9,098 nt of DNA from Candidatus Hermodarchaeota archaeon (lineage in GTDB: Archaea; Asgardarchaeota; Heimdallarchaeia; Hodarchaeales; Hodarchaeaceae): positions 1-9,098 of the forward strand of contig JBHLKY010000052.1 of assembly GCA_048886185.1 (NCBI GenBank). Direction: 5' to 3'. A model generated the notes under the pieces. The model saw nothing but the letters and a program-made list of their open reading frames with translations, was not told the origin of the DNA and ran no database searches. Both the position numbers and the translations under genes were made by a program. Positions 1 through 5,720 of the stretch are shown here, in pieces (the first letter of the stretch is position 1; every line of letters starts with the position of its first letter).

Positions 1-76
1 AAAACCATTTCCAAATTATTAAAATTATTGTTAGTCCTATTATTCGTATTATAGACGAAAGAGTAACATTTTTCAT
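1..76 (-). CDS. Possible 5' end of a divergent gene running off the window edge (hydrophobic N-terminus; membrane or secreted protein)
   Basis: My translation of the reverse complement from ATG at 76 gives MKNVTLSSIIRIIGLTIILIIWKWF..., open to the edge, with a signal/TM-like stretch. Only 25 codons are visible, and AT-rich DNA can give Ile-rich peptides by chance. Confidence 0.3.
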   Translation of the reverse strand, partial: MKNVTLSSIIRIIGLTIILIIWKWF

Positions 77-418
77 TGTTATATTCACATTCTGAAGTTA
101 ATAATTAAGGTTAAGAAGACTTTCATTGATCTATACTTAGTTTTATTCTTTTTTTAGTGAATAAATTTTTAGAAAAATGAATCTTTTTTGAAATGAATGG
201 AGGTTGTCTTCTCACCTAATTTTTCAAGAAAAAAATGTCCCAGAGAAAATACTTTTCTTAACCTTACCATCATGTAATGTAAAATTTACTTACTATCAAG
301 AAAGAAAGGATCTACTAAGTATATATGTACTCCCTGTAAGGCTAAGGGGGCGGATCTAAAAAAGAGATAAATAGGTTTTTTAAACATATTTTTAATGATT
401 TAAGCGATAGTTTTTCTC

Positions 419-1291
419 ATGAATACGACAAAAAAAGATCCTGCAGTCTGGGTTAAAACAATAATAGAGAAATTTCTTAATGATCCTGCTGAGAATACTT
501 TACAAGATAAAACAAATCAGAGAGCGTGGGCGGAACCACTTATTGGTTTCTCTAATGGCGCTGATCCTCTCTTTCAGTTTTATAAGCAGGATATTGGTGA
601 GTTTTATCTACTCCCAGAAGAATTATTTGTCTATACTTATCCTAAGATCACCTTCACCCCCGAACAGTTAACCGTCATAAGTTGGATTTTACCTCACACC
701 GATGTCACAAAGGCTGAACATCGTGATCAGACCAAATTTCCTACAGAGCGATGGGCGAGAGCACGGATATATGGCGAAGAGGTAAATGACAACCTCCGCT
801 CGTATTTGGTGAAGAAGCTAACTAAAGAAGGGTTCCCTGCCTCAGCACCAATTTTATCGCCTCTATGGCATAGGACGATTTCAGATAAGTATTTCATCGC
901 CTCAACCTGGTCTGAGCGACACGCAGCTTATACTGCAGGTCTTGGTACCTTTGGTCTGTGTGATGGTTTGATTACACCGAAAGGAAAGGCAATGCGCTGT
1001 GGGTCAGTTATTGCGAAAATCAACATCAAACCCTCGGAGAGGGTTTACGACGATCCTTACGCATATTGTTTATTTTATATGAAGGGAACATGTGGTGACT
1101 GTATAAACCGCTGCCCCTGTGGAGCGATCTCTGAAAAGGGACATGACAAGGAAAAATGCCGCAAATACCTTAGGAAAACCACACAGTACTATGTACAAAA
1201 GTATTTTAATTTCAAAGGGTATGGATGCGGGTTATGTCAGACGGGAGTTCCTTGTGAATCAGGTATCCCACCAGAATTATTATTAAAATGA
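419..1291 (+). CDS. Epoxyqueuosine reductase (QueG)/reductive dehalogenase-like cobalamin- and 2x[4Fe-4S]-binding protein
   Basis: 290 aa. SERHAAYTAGLGTFGLCDGLITPKG..R.GSV matches the AGLG..G motif region of the QueG/RdhA superfamily. The C-terminal Cys set C-x7-CGDC-x3-CP ... C ... CGLC-x5-C (nt 1067-1255) fits two 4Fe-4S clusters. No TAT/signal peptide. True substrate unknown. Confidence 0.85.
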   Translation: MNTTKKDPAVWVKTIIEKFLNDPAENTLQDKTNQRAWAEPLIGFSNGADPLFQFYKQDIGEFYLLPEELFVYTYPKITFTPEQLTVISWILPHTDVTKAEHRDQTKFPTERWARARIYGEEVNDNLRSYLVKKLTKEGFPASAPILSPLWHRTISDKYFIASTWSERHAAYTAGLGTFGLCDGLITPKGKAMRCGSVIAKINIKPSERVYDDPYAYCLFYMKGTCGDCINRCPCGAISEKGHDKEKCRKYLRKTTQYYVQKYFNFKGYGCGLCQTGVPCESGIPPELLLK

Positions 1292-1384
1292 TCTGATTTT
1301 TAGAACAATATTGTAAATCCAGCCTTTGGCGGAGTCTAGAGAATTATCAAGTTGATTGTAAATACCTCAGTATAATAATTTTCT

Positions 1385-1401
1385 TAACCTAACCAACGTT
1401 A
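1385..1401 (+). repeat. 17-bp intergenic motif, copy 1 (TAACCTAACCAACGTTA)
   Basis: 16/17 identical to 8517-8533 and 15/17 to 8412-8428, all in direct orientation. Ends TAAC/GTTA are self-complementary. Confidence 0.8.
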
Positions 1402-1594
1402 AATGGAAATTTTTTGCGTATTATTATAAAAAGAGTCCTAGTTAAGTGATTTGAATAAACCACAGTACACACAGTAGAAGGAGGTGGGAATCTATTGTAA
1501 TTAACTGATGGGAACCAATTCGCTGGGGAAAAATTCATATTGAATGATGAAAACGATGAAATAAAGTGCCCTTTAGAAATCACACACCAAAGGC

Positions 1595-1625
1595 TAGTTT
1601 CTTGAAAGGAATTCGAGAGAAACTA
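1595..1625. promoter_or_regulatory. Inverted repeat TAGTTTCT-N15-AGAAACTA upstream of the membrane regulator gene
   Basis: Perfect 8-bp arms at 1595-1602 and 1618-1625. Function (operator or hairpin) is inferred. Confidence 0.3.
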
Positions 1626-1674
1626 TTAAGATTCATCTGAAGAAGATCAAAAGCAATTTTTTAACTTCATTAAT

Positions 1675-1684
1675 CTTAAATATA
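1675..1684 (+). promoter_or_regulatory. Candidate archaeal TATA box for the 1715 gene
   Basis: CTTAAATATA resembles TTTAWATA and ends about 30 nt before ATG 1715. The background is AT-rich, so this is weak. Confidence 0.35.
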
Positions 1685-1686
1685 AA

Positions 1687-1713
1687 ATGAATCAAATACT
1701 GAAATTACGGTAA
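1687..1713 (+). other. Mini upstream ORF MNQILKLR* created by a 13-bp direct repeat of the start region
   Basis: TAAAATGAATCAA occurs at 1683-1695 and 1711-1723. The uORF stop TAA (1711-1713) is 1 nt before ATG 1715. Confidence 0.3.
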
Positions 1714-1714
1714 A

Positions 1715-3403
1715 ATGAATCAATTTAACATTGTTATTCTTAGTATTCTTCTGTTAGGGTTTACTAGCTGGACAGTAAATTTTAATATTAAGTCCACTAC
1801 AGTTGCTTTCATTCCAAATGAACTGACAAAGGGACATACAACACTGGTATCAAAAAGCGCATATAGCCAAACGTATACTCCCCATTCATCTATTGTAATT
1901 ACAGATAATGCCTATTTCGCCACGCAAGGTTTTTCGGGGAGTGGGACTCTTGATGACCCGTACCAGATTGAGTACCTTAATATTACAGCCCCCAGTGGTG
2001 ATTTGATTAGTATCAGTGACACGACCGTTAATTTCTGTATTAATAACAATTTTCTAAATGGCCTGACAACAGCGTCATCTGGAATTTCTCTCACAAATGT
2101 TCACAATGCCGTTATCAAAAACAACACAGTCTTAAATGCCAGATTTGGGGTATTTCTCTTGAACATCACTAATTGCACGCTCCTGGAAAATCTGGTTCAT
2201 GATAATATGCTCAATGGGGTGCATCTCAAGGAAGCTAGCAATACAACCATTACTAACAATACCATCTATAACCATAATTATGGTGAGTACCCCTACAGCA
2301 GTATTCTTCTCGACAATTCTTCGCATTCATCTATTACTCATAATTCACTATCCAATAGCTATATTGGCATAAACCTCCTTCATTCGGCTCACACTAACTT
2401 CATTAGAAACAATACCGTGTTTAACAATCTACAACATGGTATTCGCCTTGAATATGCTTCTAAAAACTTGATTACCCACAATATTATTCATGACAATCAA
2501 TACTATGGGATTCTCTTTACATTAGGCGCGAACAATAACACGATTAGCTACAACAATTTCACTCGTAATCATGCTGGTGATTGCCAAGGTACGGATGATG
2601 GGGTCAAAAATGTGTTTACTTACAACTATTGGGATGACTGGCCCATTCTGGACGCTGATGATGATCTCATTATCGATACTCCTTATCTCCTTGATGGTAC
2701 TGCCAATAATTCCGATCCATATCCTCTGGTATCGGTTAAGGCATATTTATTCAACAAAAGTCAGGGGAGTGGTTTGGAAAACGATTTAATCCAATTATTT
2801 GTATTGTTCATTGCTCTCATATTAGTTCCGAGTCTCACTTTGGGTTATTTTCTGTATATGAGAAAGGTAAAACAACAGGAACTTTCTCCTGAACCTGATG
2901 ACCAGATACCATTTGAAGAAGTCTTTCCATCAGACCAGATTGAGCGTTTGAAACCCCTCTATCACAAACTCATTGTGGGATTAGAGAACACCCAGACTAC
3001 ATCACTCCCTGAACCCGTAACTATTACTCTCCTAGAACCTCCAGACTCCGTAGAATTAGTGGAATACTTCCCTTCTGAGATCAAAGACGATTTAGTCTCA
3101 GGTCTCAAAGGTCGCACCATTTTAACTTTGATTGAGATTGCTTATCAGGATCCCAGTGAAACTAATTTGGTAAAATTAGCACAAAGTCTCGATGTCCCCT
3201 TATCCACTCTTTCCAAAGAAATAAAACGCCTGAATGACTTAAAGTATGTCGAAACGTTTGTTTCCCCTAAAGTGCTCTATGATGCTCGTTTTAAAAACTA
3301 TATTATCACCCCCAAAGGGTTTAAATTTCTATTCATTCTGAAAGAAGCATTACGCATTACAATTTCTCGTCTAAAAGAGACCAGGGGGGATATCTATATC
3401 TGA
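1715..3403 (+). CDS. Membrane-anchored transcription regulator: N-terminal signal/anchor, extracellular parallel beta-helix (NosD-like), single TM helix, cytoplasmic MarR-like winged HTH
   Basis: 562 aa. Hydrophobic N-terminus (IVILSILLLGF), GSGTLDDPYQIE N-cap, about 22-aa GI.L...NN.I..N coils, YNYWDDW...DTPY...DPYPL C-cap, TM at aa 358-382 followed by RKVK, then a wHTH with LAQSLDVPLSTLSKEIKRL and DARFKNYIITPKG. Confidence 0.85.
   Translation: MNQFNIVILSILLLGFTSWTVNFNIKSTTVAFIPNELTKGHTTLVSKSAYSQTYTPHSSIVITDNAYFATQGFSGSGTLDDPYQIEYLNITAPSGDLISISDTTVNFCINNNFLNGLTTASSGISLTNVHNAVIKNNTVLNARFGVFLLNITNCTLLENLVHDNMLNGVHLKEASNTTITNNTIYNHNYGEYPYSSILLDNSSHSSITHNSLSNSYIGINLLHSAHTNFIRNNTVFNNLQHGIRLEYASKNLITHNIIHDNQYYGILFTLGANNNTISYNNFTRNHAGDCQGTDDGVKNVFTYNYWDDWPILDADDDLIIDTPYLLDGTANNSDPYPLVSVKAYLFNKSQGSGLENDLIQLFVLFIALILVPSLTLGYFLYMRKVKQQELSPEPDDQIPFEEVFPSDQIERLKPLYHKLIVGLENTQTTSLPEPVTITLLEPPDSVELVEYFPSEIKDDLVSGLKGRTILTLIEIAYQDPSETNLVKLAQSLDVPLSTLSKEIKRLNDLKYVETFVSPKVLYDARFKNYIITPKGFKFLFILKEALRITISRLKETRGDIYI
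2786..2860 (+). other. Transmembrane helix of the 1715 protein
   Basis: LIQLFVLFIALILVPSLTLGYFLYM followed by basic RKVK. The positive-inside rule puts the C-terminus in the cytoplasm. Confidence 0.85.
3110..3331 (+). other. MarR-type winged helix-turn-helix domain
   Basis: HTH NLVKLAQSLDVPLSTLSKEIKRLNDLKYV. The wing D-x-R-x6-T-x-x-G (DARFKNYIITPKG) has the same spacing as the MarR DxR...LTxxG signature. Confidence 0.8.
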
Positions 3404-3464
3404 GTTTGTGCAATTAACAGTATTTACGAAGATAGAGGATCCATCAGAGTCTTTTGAACAAGAT

Positions 3465-3533
3465 AAAACTATTTCCCAAATGGAGAATATCATTTCATTA
3501 TTTGAACATGTTTTCTGGGAAAGAATTAGTTTT
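3465..3533. promoter_or_regulatory. Imperfect inverted repeat upstream of the surface-protein gene pair
   Basis: AAAACTATTTCCCA (3465-3478) pairs with TGGGAAA-gaat-TAGTTTT (3516-3533), with a 4-nt bulge. TGAACA occurs at 3455, 3503 and 3545. Confidence 0.3.
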
Positions 3534-3540
3534 CATATTT

Positions 3541-3547
3541 AAGGTGA
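3541..3547 (+). promoter_or_regulatory. Shine-Dalgarno (archaeal-type AAGGTGA)
   Basis: GGTGA core; the motif ends 9 nt before ATG 3557. Confidence 0.6.
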
Positions 3548-3556
3548 ACAAACACT

Positions 3557-5719
3557 ATGATTCGAAATAAACTTGTTTTTATTACATTAATCCTTGTTCT
3601 TTTGTTTGGAATGAGTTATTCTACTGCTTTCTTCGAGTTTCAACCGAGCTCTAAAGAAAAAACGGTGAATGAGACCACGCTACGTCCTCAAAATCCCCTC
3701 CTGAAAGTATCCAATATTCAAACGTATATCGAACATGGGCCTATTACCATCACCTCAGATTTTCAATTGAATAATTCGGGATTTCCTGGTAATGGCACCA
3801 TTGACGATCCCATTCGGATTGAAGGGCTTAATATCACTGATACGAGTGGGACTTTAATCTATATCAGCGGAACAACATTCTATTTCTGTATCAAAAATAA
3901 TCTCCTGAACTGTCTATCAAGTGCAGGCACGGGAATCGTTTTGGATAATGTTATTCATGGTAATATATCAAATAACATCATACATGACATTAATGGGGCT
4001 GGGATTTTTATTACCGGAAATTCAAATAATAATATTATTAACAAAAACTTCATCTATAATGCTCAAAATAGCATTTCTCTTTCTTTTGCAATAAATAACA
4101 CTATTTACAACAATACCTGTTATTCAAATAGTGAGGATGGTATTCGTGTTGACTCCTCGGACAATAATACTATTGCAATGAATTTTATTTACGATAATAC
4201 AGCGTGTGGTGTGTGGCTATGGACTTCAAATAATAATACACTAATTCATAATATTCTTTATAATAATTCATTTGGTTTATTTTTTGAATTATCCAATAAT
4301 AATACAATTTCAAATAATAAAGTATATGAAAACAAGAATGCTGGTATTTCTCCGTACAATTCGTCATTATATAATGTAATTACTAATAACACTGTATATA
4401 ATAATGCTCACAGTGGTATTACCGTCTCTAGATATTCCCATTATTGTGTTATCTCAAACAACACAATCTATAACAACAACCAAAGTGGGATCGTTAACTA
4501 TGAATCTGAATATTCACAAATTATCAATAACACTATTTTTAATAATATGTGGAGTGGTACTCACATCTCATCAAGATCCCATCATTGTTTGTTTTCTAAC
4601 AATATAGTTTATGGAAACAAGAAATATTCTGGAATCAGTGTTGGTAATTCTACATTTGTAAGAATAACCAAGAATTCTATTTATAATAATATTGAAAAGG
4701 GTATATTTGTCGTAATCGGTGCAAATAATACTGAAATATTCGCGAATATTATTTTTGATAATATAAAGCAAGGGATTTTCATTGAAACAGATTGTAATAA
4801 TAACACAATAATCAATAATGATCTTTCTAGCAATAATCCAAGCGGATTACAAACATTAGATGATGGTTCAGCTAATAATTTTACTAGCAACCATTGGAGC
4901 GATTGGACAGGAACGGGGTCATATACCATTGATGGTTCTGCAGGGAATCAAGATTTCTCTCCCTTACTGAATCCATATCATATAACACCGCCTATCATCA
5001 CAGCACCAACCTATGAAAATATAACATTAGTAGGGAAGGTACTTATACGATGGAATGCTTCAAGTGATACTTTTGGGCATTCTCTTACCTACTCTGTTCT
5101 TTATTCGACCAACGATGGAACTAGTTGGACAACATTTGCTTCAGGCTTGACCAGTACCAATTACACCTTAGATACCCTACTGCTCGCTGATGAGCCCATT
5201 ATTTTCAAAGTTCAAGCTATTGATTCAATAGGATTTATTGCTAAGGCTACCACAGAAGAGACATTTCTGATAGAAAATGATCAACTTTCTATTCTTATAG
5301 TACTATCCCCGAATGGGGGAGAAACACTGAATGAAACTGTCACCATCGAATGGTCTGCTTCTCTGGATTCTCTCAATCATTCTATAACTTATGCGATTTA
5401 TTATTCTGGTGATGGCGGGGCAACCTGGAATCTAATAGTTACTGATCTCACATCTACCACTTATGCATGGGATACCACTACTGTCTCAAATGGCTTTAGT
5501 TACTTGATCAAAGTGGTTTCCACCTGTTCTGGGGGTAAAGTAGCTGAAGATCTCTCTGACGAGCTGTTTACTATCCAGAATGAAATACCTACTTCAACTG
5601 AACCCTCATCTAAGTCAACTTCTACTACTCCTAGTCCGATCCCAGGAATCACGGGGATTGAACTGCTCATAGCATTGTTAATTCTGATGATGGGGAAGAA
5701 TTGGAAGAAAAGAAGGTAA
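3557..5719 (+). CDS. Cell-surface parallel beta-helix (NosD/pectin-lyase-like) protein with two Fn3/Ig-like stalk domains and a PG-x C-terminal sorting/anchor tail
   Basis: 720 aa. Signal peptide (MIRNKLVFITLILVLLFG), GNGTIDDPIRIE cap, long Asn-ladder coil array, NHWSDW cap, two ~97-aa beta domains with YSxDGGxTW-like motifs and SPNGGE, S/T/P linker, and IPGITGIELLIALLILMMGKNWKKRR tail. Confidence 0.85.
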   Translation: MIRNKLVFITLILVLLFGMSYSTAFFEFQPSSKEKTVNETTLRPQNPLLKVSNIQTYIEHGPITITSDFQLNNSGFPGNGTIDDPIRIEGLNITDTSGTLIYISGTTFYFCIKNNLLNCLSSAGTGIVLDNVIHGNISNNIIHDINGAGIFITGNSNNNIINKNFIYNAQNSISLSFAINNTIYNNTCYSNSEDGIRVDSSDNNTIAMNFIYDNTACGVWLWTSNNNTLIHNILYNNSFGLFFELSNNNTISNNKVYENKNAGISPYNSSLYNVITNNTVYNNAHSGITVSRYSHYCVISNNTIYNNNQSGIVNYESEYSQIINNTIFNNMWSGTHISSRSHHCLFSNNIVYGNKKYSGISVGNSTFVRITKNSIYNNIEKGIFVVIGANNTEIFANIIFDNIKQGIFIETDCNNNTIINNDLSSNNPSGLQTLDDGSANNFTSNHWSDWTGTGSYTIDGSAGNQDFSPLLNPYHITPPIITAPTYENITLVGKVLIRWNASSDTFGHSLTYSVLYSTNDGTSWTTFASGLTSTNYTLDTLLLADEPIIFKVQAIDSIGFIAKATTEETFLIENDQLSILIVLSPNGGETLNETVTIEWSASLDSLNHSITYAIYYSGDGGATWNLIVTDLTSTTYAWDTTTVSNGFSYLIKVVSTCSGGKVAEDLSDELFTIQNEIPTSTEPSSKSTSTTPSPIPGITGIELLIALLILMMGKNWKKRR
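4988..5581 (+). repeat. Two tandem Fn3/Ig-like domains (about 4988-5278 and 5288-5581)
   Basis: Shared pattern W.AS.D...HS.TY...YS..[DG]G..W......LTST.Y..DT.......KV...........E.F.I.N. Confidence 0.75.
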
Positions 5720-5720
5720 A

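Noticed and set aside
419-1291. Assigning the gene symbol queG
   Set aside because: The family resemblance is clear, but orthology and function cannot be established from sequence alone.
1389-1583. 64-aa minus-strand ORF in the intergenic gap
   Set aside because: GTG start, no SD or recognisable motif, and it overlaps the 17-mer. Probably spurious.
1501-1605. Protein-like plus-strand stretch LTDGNQFAGEKFILNDENDEIKCPLEITHQRLVS*
   Set aside because: No start codon after the upstream stop and no recognisable homology, so a pseudogene call is unsupported.
3960-4400. Very low GC segment as a sign of horizontal transfer
   Set aside because: Explained by the Asn/Ile/Tyr-rich coil composition.
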